From contig DAOSIS010000008.1 of the NCBI GenBank assembly GCA_035366835.1, forward strand, positions 38,283-102,282: DNA of 64,000 bases. Direction: 5' to 3'. This DNA comes from Syntrophales bacterium. Lineage in GTDB: Bacteria; Desulfobacterota; Syntrophia; Syntrophales; UBA6109. The translations under genes and the position numbers were made by a program. Shown in pieces: positions 18,073 through 26,890 of the stretch (the first letter of the stretch is position 1; each line of letters starts with the position of its first letter). The notes under the pieces were generated by a model. It did not search any database and was not told where the DNA came from. It worked only from the letters and a program-made list of their open reading frames with translations.

Positions 18073-19146
18073 ATGGCTGACCACGACCGGGACCAGGAAA
18101 AAACCGAACAAGCAACCCCGCGGCGGAAGGACGAGGCCCGTGAAAAGGGCCAGGTTGCCAGGAGCCAGGAGATCGTTTCCGTCGCCGTCTTGGGGGCCTG
18201 CCTCATCTACTTCTATTTCGCCTCCGGAGGCGCCGTCAAAAAAATGATGTCCCTCATGGTCAAGATCTTCCGTGAGGCGGCCCATCCGAATCTCGAAACC
18301 GGCGCGCTGGTGCCGATGTTCGTCGATCTGGCCATCGACGCGGCGGTCATCGTGCTGCCCTTCCTGCTGGCCGTCGCCGTGGCGGGCGCCGCGGCCAACC
18401 TCATGCAGGTGGGCTTTCTCTTCTCCTCGGAGGCGATGGCCCCGAAGTGGGACAAGATCGACCCGCTGCGCGGCTTCCAGCGCCTCTTTTCGATGAAGGC
18501 CTTCGTCGAACTTCTGAAGAACACGCTGAAAATCGCCATTGTCGGGCTCGTCGCCTATTTGACGGTGCGCGGGCAGGTTCAGGACCTGCCGACGCTGATG
18601 GACAAGGACGCCTGGCAGATCCTCGCCTATATCGGCCAGGTGTCGTTCCGCATCATGTTCACGACCTGCTGGGTCCTCGTCCTGCTCGCGATCCTCGATT
18701 ACGGATACCAGCGCTGGGAATACGAAAAGGGCCTCAGGATGTCCCGCCAGGACATCAAGGAGGAATACAAGCACACGGAAGGCGACCCGCTGGTCAAGGC
18801 CCGCATCAGGCGCATGCAGCGGGAGGCGGCCCGCAAACGGATGATGGCGGCCGTTCCGAAAGCCACGGTCGTCATCACGAACCCGACGCATCTGGCGGTT
18901 GCGCTCGCCTATGATCAGGAGCGGATGATCGCGCCGACGGTCGTCGCCAAGGGCGCGGGCCACATCGCTGCGAAGATCAAGGAGGTCGCCCTCGCGCACG
19001 GCGTCCCGATCGTCGAGAACAAGCCCGTGGCACAACTATTGTATAAAATGGTGGACATCGATGCCAGCGTGCCGGAAAACCTGTACCGCGCCGTTGCCGA
19101 GATTTTGGCCTTCGTCTATCGGCTGCGGCAGGACCGGCGGTGGTAG
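18073..19146 (+). CDS. flhB: Flagellar export switch protein FlhB
   Basis: 357 aa. N-terminal QEKTEQATPRRKDEAREKGQVARS, four TM helices and the NPTH autocleavage site (VVITNPTHLAVALAYD). Confidence 0.95.
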   Translation: MADHDRDQEKTEQATPRRKDEAREKGQVARSQEIVSVAVLGACLIYFYFASGGAVKKMMSLMVKIFREAAHPNLETGALVPMFVDLAIDAAVIVLPFLLAVAVAGAAANLMQVGFLFSSEAMAPKWDKIDPLRGFQRLFSMKAFVELLKNTLKIAIVGLVAYLTVRGQVQDLPTLMDKDAWQILAYIGQVSFRIMFTTCWVLVLLAILDYGYQRWEYEKGLRMSRQDIKEEYKHTEGDPLVKARIRRMQREAARKRMMAAVPKATVVITNPTHLAVALAYDQERMIAPTVVAKGAGHIAAKIKEVALAHGVPIVENKPVAQLLYKMVDIDASVPENLYRAVAEILAFVYRLRQDRRW

Positions 19147-19161
19147 AAGGGAGGGAAGACG

Positions 19162-21240
19162 ATGGCGACCGCCGCGGCGATCGGAAAAAATCCTCTGGCG
19201 GAACTTGCCCAGAACAGCAGCGCCGTCATGGCGGCGGCGGTGGTCGGGATCCTCGCCGTCATGATCATCCCGCTGCCGGCGGTCCTCCTGGACATCCTGC
19301 TGTCGCTGAACATCACGATTTCGATCGTCATCCTTCTCCTGTCGATGTATGTCCTGAAGCCGCTCGATTTTTCGGTCTTCCCCTCGGTCCTCCTGACGGT
19401 GACGCTGCTGCGCCTCTCCCTGAACGTGGCGTCGACGCGGCTGATTCTCCTCCACGGCAACGAGGGAACGGCCGCCGCCGGACAGGTCATCAAGGCCTTC
19501 GGGACCTTCGTCGTCGGCGGCAACTACGTCGTCGGCTTCATCGTCTTTTCCGTCCTCGTCCTGATCAACTTCGTGGTCATTACGAAGGGCGCGACGCGCA
19601 TCGCCGAGGTCGCCGCCCGCTTTACCCTCGATGCCATGCCCGGCAAGCAGATGAGCATCGACGCCGACCTGAATGCCGGACTCCTGTCGGACTCGGAGGC
19701 CCGCAGGCGGCGTCGGGAAATCGAGATGGAGGCCAATTTCTACGGCGCCATGGACGGCGCCAGCAAGTTCGTGAGAGGAGATGCGATCGCGGGCGTGATC
19801 ATCGTGCTCGTGAATGTCATCGGCGGCCTCATCATCGGGATCGTCCAGCAGGGCATGCCGATGACGGACGCCGCGCGGAACTATACGCTGCTGACGGTCG
19901 GCGACGGTCTCGTGACGCAGGTGCCGGCGCTCATCGTCTCGACGGCCGCGGGCATGCTCGTCACCCGGAGCGCCGCCTCTTACGACTTCGGCGAAGAGAT
20001 GAGGAGTCAGTTCTTCACGCAGCCGCGCGCGATCGGAACGGCGGCCGTGATGCTGTTCAGCTTCGCCCTGATCCCCGGGATGCCGAAGCTCTCGTTCCTC
20101 CTGGTCTCCGGCTGTGTCGGATGGACGGCCTACCGCCTGATGCGCCGCGGCGGCAAGACGAGGGAACCGGTCGAGGAGGCGCCCGTTCCCGTGCCGGCGG
20201 CGGAACCCGCCGAGCTCCTTTCGCCGCTCGACCTGCTGGGTGTGGAAGTCGGCTACGGACTCATCCCTCTGGTGGACACCGCCCAGGGTGGGGAACTCCT
20301 CCAGCGGATCAAGTCGCTCCGGAAGCAGATCGGCCTCGAAATGGGCTTCATCATTCCGGCGATCCACATCCGGGACAATCTGAACCTGAAGCCCAACGAA
20401 TACACGGTCCTCATGAAGGGCATCGAAGTCGCCCGGGGCGAACTCATGACGGGGCATTCCCTGGCGATCACCTCCGACGACCGGCTCGGGAAAATCAAGG
20501 GGATCGAGACGAAGGAGCCGGCGTTCGGCCTTCCGGCGGTATGGATCCCCGAGCGGGACAAGGAGATGGCGCAGGCCAAGGGCTATGTGGTCGTCGATCC
20601 CGCCACCGTGATCACGACCCACCTCACGGAGGTCGTGAAGACCCACGCGGACGAGATACTGGGGCGGCAGGAAGTCCAGGCGCTTCTGGACAACCTCTCC
20701 GCAGCCTATCCGAAACTCGTCGAGGAACTGGTGCCCAAAGCGGTGCCGATCGGGGTCCTGCAGAAGGTCCTCCAGCGGCTTCTGCGGGAGCGCGTCTCGA
20801 TCCGGGACCTGTCCAGCATCGTCGAAACGCTGGCGGACTATGTCACCATGACGAAGAATGTGGATATCCTCACGGGGTACGTGCGCCAGAATCTCTCGAG
20901 GACGATCACGCGGCAGTACCAGGACGCCGGCGGAAACATCAACGTCATCATGGTGTCCCCCGAAATCGAAGAGACGCTTTCCGGATCGATCCAGCACATG
21001 GAATACGAATCCTTCGCCACGCCCGACCCGAACATGGTCAAACGCCTGGTGGCGGGCCTGCAGAAGTTCATCAGCGTCTTCACCGCGAAGGGCCTGCAGC
21101 CGGTTCTGCTGTGCTCCCCCAACGTCCGCATTCACCTGCGGAAGATTCTGGAAAAATTCTTCCCGAACCTTGTCGTGATATCGCACAACGAAGTGACCCG
21201 GGAGGCGCTCATCAAGTCTCTCGGCGTGGTGGAGATCTGA
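19162..21240 (+). CDS. flhA: Flagellar export gate protein FlhA
   Basis: 692 aa. FHIPEP-family membrane domain (ARFTLDAMPGKQMSIDADLNAGL) and a cytoplasmic C-domain. Confidence 0.95.
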   Translation: MATAAAIGKNPLAELAQNSSAVMAAAVVGILAVMIIPLPAVLLDILLSLNITISIVILLLSMYVLKPLDFSVFPSVLLTVTLLRLSLNVASTRLILLHGNEGTAAAGQVIKAFGTFVVGGNYVVGFIVFSVLVLINFVVITKGATRIAEVAARFTLDAMPGKQMSIDADLNAGLLSDSEARRRRREIEMEANFYGAMDGASKFVRGDAIAGVIIVLVNVIGGLIIGIVQQGMPMTDAARNYTLLTVGDGLVTQVPALIVSTAAGMLVTRSAASYDFGEEMRSQFFTQPRAIGTAAVMLFSFALIPGMPKLSFLLVSGCVGWTAYRLMRRGGKTREPVEEAPVPVPAAEPAELLSPLDLLGVEVGYGLIPLVDTAQGGELLQRIKSLRKQIGLEMGFIIPAIHIRDNLNLKPNEYTVLMKGIEVARGELMTGHSLAITSDDRLGKIKGIETKEPAFGLPAVWIPERDKEMAQAKGYVVVDPATVITTHLTEVVKTHADEILGRQEVQALLDNLSAAYPKLVEELVPKAVPIGVLQKVLQRLLRERVSIRDLSSIVETLADYVTMTKNVDILTGYVRQNLSRTITRQYQDAGGNINVIMVSPEIEETLSGSIQHMEYESFATPDPNMVKRLVAGLQKFISVFTAKGLQPVLLCSPNVRIHLRKILEKFFPNLVVISHNEVTREALIKSLGVVEI

Positions 21241-21241
21241 C

Positions 21242-22417
21242 ATGCAAATCAAGCGGTACGAGGCGGCGACTCTTCAGGAAGCCATGATGAAGGTCAAGAA
21301 CGATCTGGGACCGGAGGCCGTGGTCCTGTCGACGAACCGGAGCGGGAGGGGAAAGAATGCGGTCTTCGAGCTTACGGCGGCCAGGGACCGCGGCGCCTTG
21401 CCGCCCGCCGGCGGGAAACCGCGGATGCCCGGGGCGAAAGGGGTGCTTCCGGAAACGATCGTGGAAACGCCTGACCGCCATGACGGGCTCGCCGGGATCC
21501 GTCAGGACCTCGCCGAGATGAAGAGCCTCCTCGCCGGGTTTCAGGATTCGCGGCTCCTCCATGAGGAATTCGCGGAACTGAAGGACACGCTGGAGGACCT
21601 TCTGTCCACCGCAGGATACCGCCTGGACGGCCGGTCGGACGGACCGTGGCAGAAGATTTACCGGCGATTGATCGCAGGCGGACTCTCACGCCCGAAGGCG
21701 TGGAAGATTCTCCAGGCGGCCCGCCAGGAGACGGGCGGGCGGGTGGAGCATCTCGAGGGCGGGATCTCCGCCGCGGCGTCCATCGTGAAGCGGGCGATCC
21801 GGATCCCCGGTGCGCAGGACCGAATGGCGAGGGTGCAGGTTCTTGTGGGTCCCACCGGCGTGGGAAAGACAACGACGGTCGCGAAACTGGCGGCCTACTA
21901 CGCCCTGCAGAAGAGAAAGAAGGTGGCCCTGGTGACGATGGACACCTACCGGATTGCCGCCGCGGACCAGCTGAAGATCTATGCGGACATCATGGGCCTT
22001 CCCATGGCGGTCGCTTCCGAGAAAACCGCCCTGAAGAAGGCGCTGGGCCGCTTCGAGGATTTCGACCTCCTCCTCGTGGACACCCCCGGGAAGAACCGGT
22101 CGGACATGGCGTATATGGAGAAGCTGCAGGATTCACTGAAAGGGGAGGAGGCGCCGGAAAAGCACCTGCTGCTGAGCCTCACGTCGAGCCGGGAGGCCTC
22201 CCTGGACGCCGCGTCGCGATTCGGGCGGTTCTCCTATGATTCCCTGATCCTCACGAAGGCTGACGAATGCTGCAATTTCGGCCCCCTGTTCGATGTGATC
22301 GAGACGGTGGAGAAGCCGGTTTCCTTCGTGACGAACGGCCAGGCCGTTCCCCAGGACATCGAAAAGGCCGATCCGGAAAAGCTGGCGGGTCTGATCGTGC
22401 GGGGAAGGGTCCACTGA
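21242..22417 (+). CDS. flhF: Flagellar placement SRP-type GTPase FlhF
   Basis: 391 aa. G1 GPTGVGKTTT, G3 DTPG and an LTKADE G4-like motif. Confidence 0.9.
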   Translation: MQIKRYEAATLQEAMMKVKNDLGPEAVVLSTNRSGRGKNAVFELTAARDRGALPPAGGKPRMPGAKGVLPETIVETPDRHDGLAGIRQDLAEMKSLLAGFQDSRLLHEEFAELKDTLEDLLSTAGYRLDGRSDGPWQKIYRRLIAGGLSRPKAWKILQAARQETGGRVEHLEGGISAAASIVKRAIRIPGAQDRMARVQVLVGPTGVGKTTTVAKLAAYYALQKRKKVALVTMDTYRIAAADQLKIYADIMGLPMAVASEKTALKKALGRFEDFDLLLVDTPGKNRSDMAYMEKLQDSLKGEEAPEKHLLLSLTSSREASLDAASRFGRFSYDSLILTKADECCNFGPLFDVIETVEKPVSFVTNGQAVPQDIEKADPEKLAGLIVRGRVH

Positions 22418-22451
22418 GGGTCGGCGGGCGGAAAACGTTGACAGTCGGGAG

Positions 22452-23369
22452 ATGAGGTGTGCAATGGATCAGGCCGAGGCCCTGCGGGAAATGACAAGAG
22501 AGGCGGACATGCTGCGCAGGGGAGGGCCGGCGCCAGACGGCGGGCGGGGCGCGGTCCGTTGCGCCGCCTCCTCCGTGCGGGTGGTTGCCGTGACCAGCGG
22601 AAAAGGCGGTGTGGGCAAGACGAACATCAGCGCGAATCTCGCCTACTTCCTTACAAGGAAGAAGCGGAAGACCCTCATCCTGGATGCCGACCTCGGCCTG
22701 GCGAACATCGACGTGATCCTCGGGCTCACGCCGCGGTACAACCTCCACCACGTCTTGAGCGGAGAGAGGCGCCTGTCCGAGGCGATGATCCAGGGACCGG
22801 GAGGCATCCGCATCCTGCCGTCGTCCTCCGGCATTCAGGAGATGTCCGAATTGTCGCAAGGGCAGAAGCTGCTGCTTCTCGACGAACTGGACTCGCTCGA
22901 GCAGGAGCTCGACTTCATGCTGATCGATACGGGTGCGGGAATTTCGGGGAACGTCATGTATTTCAACATGGCCGCAGGGGAGATCATCGTCGTCACGTCG
23001 CCGGAGCCCACGGCCATGACGGACGCCTACGCGCTCATCAAGATCCTCTATCAGCGGCATGCGAAGAAGCGCTTCCTCCTCCTGGTCAACATGGTCCGTT
23101 CGGCGGCGGAAGGCCGCGAGGTCTTCCAGCGCCTGAGCCATGCGGTGGGATATTTCCTCAACCTGCAGATCTCCCCCCTTGGCCACATCGTGCAGGACGA
23201 GCACATCACGGAAGCCGTGAAGCGGCAGCAGATCTTTGCCGAACGGTACCCGGAGTCGCCGGCCGCCGTCTGTCTGCGGGCAGTGGCGGACCGCCTCTGC
23301 CGCGAGAAGCCCCCGGAGGGGGATACGGGCGGGCTCCGCTTCCTTTCAAGAAAAACACGCGAACAGTGA
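22452..23369 (+). CDS. flhG: MinD/ParA-type flagellar number regulator FlhG (FleN/YlxH)
   Basis: Deviant Walker A VTSGKGGVGKTNISANLA. Follows flhF and precedes fliA. The start may be ATG 22464. Confidence 0.85.
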   Translation: MRCAMDQAEALREMTREADMLRRGGPAPDGGRGAVRCAASSVRVVAVTSGKGGVGKTNISANLAYFLTRKKRKTLILDADLGLANIDVILGLTPRYNLHHVLSGERRLSEAMIQGPGGIRILPSSSGIQEMSELSQGQKLLLLDELDSLEQELDFMLIDTGAGISGNVMYFNMAAGEIIVVTSPEPTAMTDAYALIKILYQRHAKKRFLLLVNMVRSAAEGREVFQRLSHAVGYFLNLQISPLGHIVQDEHITEAVKRQQIFAERYPESPAAVCLRAVADRLCREKPPEGDTGGLRFLSRKTREQ

Positions 23370-23379
23370 GAGTCTCTGA

Positions 23380-24090
23380 ATGGACAAGGCAACGCGAGAT
23401 CAACTGATCCTGAAATACGCGCCTCTCGTAAAGTATACGGTCGGCCGGATCACGGCAAAACTGCCCATCCCTCCGGCGGACCGCGAGGACCTAGTCCATG
23501 TCGGAATCATCGGACTGATCTCCGCGCTCGAGAAATTCGACCCGTCGCGCAACGTTCAGTTCGAGACGTACGCCCGTTTCCGCATCCGCGGGGCCGTGCT
23601 CGACGAGCTGCGCGCGCGCGATTGGGTGCCGCGGTCCGTCCGGAACAAGGACGATCGGATCGAAGAGGCGTTTACGCGGCTGCGGAAAGACCTGGGGAGG
23701 CCGCCCGGGGACGGGGAGGTCGCGGATTGTCTCGGCGTGTCCGTGGAGGAGTACTACAAGATGCTCGACGAAGCGAAATTCGTCACCATCGTGAGCGCCG
23801 AAGATCTTCCACCCGATTTTCTGGAGCACTTCAGCCGGCAGGACGTCATGGAGGAAGTCGATCGCGGAAACCCGCTGCAGCTCCTGGCGAACGGTGAGCT
23901 CCGGGAGCGCCTGAAGGAGGCCATTGACGATCTGCCGGACAAGGAAAGGCTGGTGCTCTCCCTGTATTATTACGAAGAGCTGACCATGAAGGAAATCGGA
24001 AAGGTCCTGAAGCTGACGGAGTCCCGCGTCTGCCAGCTGCACTCCCAGGCCACGCTTCGCCTGCGGGGGGCCGTGAAGGACCTGCGCTGA
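23380..24090 (+). CDS. fliA: Flagellar sigma factor sigma28 (FliA)
   Basis: 236 aa. Region 2 (DLVHVGIIGLISALEKFDP), region 3 and region 4 HTH (LTMKEIGKVLKLTESRVCQLHSQATLRLR). Confidence 0.9.
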   Translation: MDKATRDQLILKYAPLVKYTVGRITAKLPIPPADREDLVHVGIIGLISALEKFDPSRNVQFETYARFRIRGAVLDELRARDWVPRSVRNKDDRIEEAFTRLRKDLGRPPGDGEVADCLGVSVEEYYKMLDEAKFVTIVSAEDLPPDFLEHFSRQDVMEEVDRGNPLQLLANGELRERLKEAIDDLPDKERLVLSLYYYEELTMKEIGKVLKLTESRVCQLHSQATLRLRGAVKDLR

Positions 24091-24136
24091 AAACCCCGCC
24101 GGACGCCGTCCGCGGCGGTGTCCCAAGGGGCGTCGG

Positions 24137-24754
24137 ATGAACGGTCGGGCGCGCCGTCGCCCTGCCGGAACGGAACATCCTATGCCGGAAAAAGTTGCCG
24201 TCGACATCCTGGACATCGACGTACCGCCTTCCCTGCCGGACGAGGAAAGACCGCCGGAACCGGAAGCGACGCCGGAAAGCGGAACGTGGCAGAAGGGCAG
24301 GCTCCTCGCCGCCGGTTTGATCACCCTGCTGGTCTTCTCGGCCGGTGGATACGTCCTCTGGACCCATCTCGCCGTCCCGACACCCGCGATCGAGGCGCCG
24401 ACGGGTCCCGGACCCGCGGCGGCAACGGGAACGGGCGTCCCGGCGGCCTCCGTGCCGGTCCGGGCAACGGAGATGGAGGGGTTCGTCGTCGACATGCAGG
24501 ACGAGAAGGGGAATCCCCGCGTCGTCCTTTGCGGCATCGCACTGGATGTGGAGGGGCGGCAGGCATCGGTGCCGGACCGGGACGCCCAGTTTCGCCGCAT
24601 CATTTACGAGGCGCTCCGCGGCCGGAAGGTCGAGAGCCTGATGACGTCGGCGGGGAGGAACGCCGTGAAGGAGGAGATCCGGGAACTGCTGGCGAAGGCG
24701 ACGGGTGCCGCCGAGATCCGGGATGTATATTTTACGAAATTTGTTGTAGTGTGA
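24137..24754 (+). CDS. Second FliL-family protein
   Basis: 205 aa. Pro/Glu-rich N-tail, one TM (LLAAGLITLLVFSAGGYVLW) and a FliL-like core ending EIRDVYFTKFVVV (compare VYFTEFVIQ in fliL at 13216). Confidence 0.65.
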   Translation: MNGRARRRPAGTEHPMPEKVAVDILDIDVPPSLPDEERPPEPEATPESGTWQKGRLLAAGLITLLVFSAGGYVLWTHLAVPTPAIEAPTGPGPAAATGTGVPAASVPVRATEMEGFVVDMQDEKGNPRVVLCGIALDVEGRQASVPDRDAQFRRIIYEALRGRKVESLMTSAGRNAVKEEIRELLAKATGAAEIRDVYFTKFVVV

Positions 24755-24756
24755 CA

Positions 24757-24876
24757 GGCTGTTGAAAAACGCCCGCCCGCTGCGTTTCCCTCATCCTTCA
24801 CCCTGCGACGTACCCTCCGGTACGCCTCAGGGCGCAGGATTTCGGGGGCCTTGCATCCGGGCATTTTTGAACAGCC
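24757..24876 (+). repeat. MITE-like repeat, copy 2 (subfamily B)
   Basis: GGCTGTTGAAAAACGCCCG ... GGGGCCTTGCATCCGGGCATTTTTGAACAGCC. Internal hairpin CGTACC-CTCC-GGTACG. Starts 3 nt after the stop of the preceding gene. Confidence 0.8.
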
Positions 24877-24918
24877 TGCAAAACCATACAAAATTCCAAC
24901 CCGAAGGATGAATGAAAC

Positions 24919-25704
24919 TTGAAAGACGTCGAACGGATTCGCGAGGAATTGAAAACGGATTTCACGGCGACGATCGCGGAGGAGCTGATTCCCGGCATCC
25001 TCCACAATCTGGCCAATCCGCTCAACGGCATCATGGGCCGGACAAGGCTGCTTCAGAAGCGGATGGGCGATCACGCCCGCCGCGTGGCGGCGCAGCCGCC
25101 CCCCGCCGCGGAAGACCTCGCGGAGGGATTTCAAAAAGCGGTCCGCGACGTCGATGCGATTGCACGGGAATCGGACCGGCTGTTCCATCTGTTCCGCAGC
25201 ATCTCCGGCAAGTTCTACGCCATCTCATCGTCGGGCAGTGAACCGATCCATCTGTCGCGACTGATCGAGGAGGAAATGCAGTTTGCCGACTTCTATCTCG
25301 ACTTCAAGCACGAGGTGACCAAGCGAATCCGCCTGACGAGGGACCTGCCCGAGGTGAACGGTCGCGTGTCCGACTATTCGCTGTTCCTGACGGCGCTGCT
25401 TCGTTACGTGATGGATTCCCTGGAGGGGAAACCCATCAGGGAGTTCACCATTTCGACGGCGCACGAAGACGGTCATGTCGTCCTTTCCGCAGAACACAGC
25501 GGCGGTGTTCTGTCCGAGGAGAAGGCGCGAATGCTGCTCGATCGTCTCGAGGACCCGTCGGAAACGGCGGCGGACCTCGGCCCCGAGAAGCGGCTGTTCC
25601 AGGCGCTGGTGATTGCGAAGAGCTGCGGTGCCACGATTGACCTGCACGCCCGTGCCGGACGGGACAGGATCTCGCTGAAAATACCCTGCGCCGCCGGAGG
25701 TTGA
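24919..25704 (+). CDS. Histidine-kinase-like protein with an H-box but a degenerate ATP-binding domain
   Basis: 261 aa with a TTG start. HisKA-like H-box GILHNLANPLNGIMGRTRLL. No sensor or TM domain. The N-box Asn and the G2 box are not recognisable (LLRYVMDSL; EKRLFQALVIAKSCGATIDL). Confidence 0.55.
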   Translation: MKDVERIREELKTDFTATIAEELIPGILHNLANPLNGIMGRTRLLQKRMGDHARRVAAQPPPAAEDLAEGFQKAVRDVDAIARESDRLFHLFRSISGKFYAISSSGSEPIHLSRLIEEEMQFADFYLDFKHEVTKRIRLTRDLPEVNGRVSDYSLFLTALLRYVMDSLEGKPIREFTISTAHEDGHVVLSAEHSGGVLSEEKARMLLDRLEDPSETAADLGPEKRLFQALVIAKSCGATIDLHARAGRDRISLKIPCAAGG

Positions 25705-25859
25705 CGGATCGTCGGCGGAACTTCCTGCGCTCCTTTAGAAAGACGCCGGAAAGGTCCGCGGCCTCCCGGGGATGGGTGGACAAGAAGGCGGAAAACGGGT
25801 GTTCTCCGGCAGCCTGCTCAAGATTTGCCGTCGGTCTGTCGATACTGAAGAAAGGGAGG

Positions 25860-25876
25860 AGGCATTTTCCTCGCAA
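25860..25876 (+). promoter_or_regulatory. Candidate sigma54 promoter
   Basis: AGGCAT-TTTCC-TCGCA with GG-N10-GC spacing, 35 nt upstream of ATG 25911. The -24/-12 match is weaker than at the other four sites. Confidence 0.4.
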
Positions 25877-25910
25877 TACCCCAGCGGTCCAGAGGGAGGT
25901 GAAGGACACC

Positions 25911-26222
25911 ATGGTACGGGCGGTAGACATGCAGCAGGTCCTGCTTCAATCCCATACCTCCGAGAAGGTGCAGCAGACCCTGCAGCAGCATCCCGACAGG
26001 CAGCAGCGGTATTTCGAACTTCACCTGCAGGAAGAAAAAAAGCTTCTCAAGGAGAAAGTACAGGATCCTGAAGAGGTGGAGCGGGCGATCATCCACGAGC
26101 GTGAAGAGCGGGACGGCCGTCGCGATGCCCAGGAAGACAACCCCGGGGAGCAACAGGAAACCGACCGGCCTGCCGCGGTTGAAGAGGGCGAAGAAGGCCA
26201 CCACATCAACATTCGGATTTGA
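25911..26222 (+). CDS. Small highly charged hypothetical protein
   Basis: 103 aa from ATG 25911 with a strong RBS (AGAGGGAGGTGAAGG). Gln/Glu/Lys-rich (MVRAVDMQQVLLQSHTSEKVQQTLQQHPDRQQRYFELHLQEEKK..). Its stop abuts the next start. I recognise no family. Confidence 0.5.
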   Translation: MVRAVDMQQVLLQSHTSEKVQQTLQQHPDRQQRYFELHLQEEKKLLKEKVQDPEEVERAIIHEREERDGRRDAQEDNPGEQQETDRPAAVEEGEEGHHINIRI

Positions 26223-26223
26223 G

Positions 26224-26727
26224 ATGGACATTCAGATATTGTCAGGAATTCAGATTGTTGCCGATATCGTGCTGTGCGCGGCCATCATCGTCCTGCTGCG
26301 CCGGTCGACGGCGGCCGTGAAGGAGCGCGGCGGCGGCGTCGAGCAGAACCTGAAGCAGTTGCGCGATATGCTGAACGAATCCCAACAGGCGGCGTCCCGC
26401 TTCCTGGAGAGCGTTGAGGAGAGCCGCCGGTCGTTGAAGGGACTCTTCTTTCAGCTCGAGGAAAAGGAAAGAAAGCTGAAGGAACTCCTTCAGACGGGGG
26501 CATCCGACTCGGGACCCGGCGGTCCTGCTGCAAGGACGGCCGGCGAGCCGGCGGCGATGTCTTCGGACCGCTACGGTGAAGTGATAGCCCTCCACAGGAG
26601 GGGGTTGAGCGGAAGCGATATCGCCCGTCAGTCCGGGATACCGGAAGGGGAGATCAGCCTGATCCTCGATCTGGAACGCGCCAGAGGCGACAGCCTGGCA
26701 AGAGATCAGAAGGTCGCCGGATCGTAG
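26224..26727 (+). CDS. Membrane-anchored coiled-coil protein with a C-terminal HTH-like motif (DUF2802-like architecture)
   Basis: 167 aa. N-terminal TM (IQIVADIVLCAAIIVLL), a coiled coil and a C-terminal RYGEVIALHRRGLSGSDIARQSGIPEGEISLILDLERAR. Confidence 0.55.
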   Translation: MDIQILSGIQIVADIVLCAAIIVLLRRSTAAVKERGGGVEQNLKQLRDMLNESQQAASRFLESVEESRRSLKGLFFQLEEKERKLKELLQTGASDSGPGGPAARTAGEPAAMSSDRYGEVIALHRRGLSGSDIARQSGIPEGEISLILDLERARGDSLARDQKVAGS

Positions 26728-26890
26728 GGGGCCGCCGGCCGGCTGGCCCGGGATCGGCTGAACCCCGTAGGGGGCCGCGTGCCGGAACGGGGGCCCGGCA
26801 TGTTCCGGTCCGCTTGCCCCGACCCTGCCGAAGGGCAGGGGACGGGAAAACGACGGCGCTGCCCGCCCACGTCTTCCGAAACGGCCGAGG

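Noticed and set aside
19028-19043. TGGCAC-AACTA-TTGTA inside the 3' end of flhB, 120 nt before flhA, as an internal sigma54 promoter.
   Set aside because: The -12 box reads GT instead of the near-invariant GC, and the motif lies within conserved FlhB coding sequence (KPVAQLLYKMVD). It is probably coincidental and would need TSS data.
24912-25241. The ATG-initiated 109-aa ORF as an alternative to the TTG-start kinase-like gene.
   Set aside because: Its translation (MKLERRRTDSRGIENGFHGDDRGG..) is low-complexity and Arg/Gly-rich. The overlapping TTG frame carries a clear HisKA H-box and continues for 261 aa.
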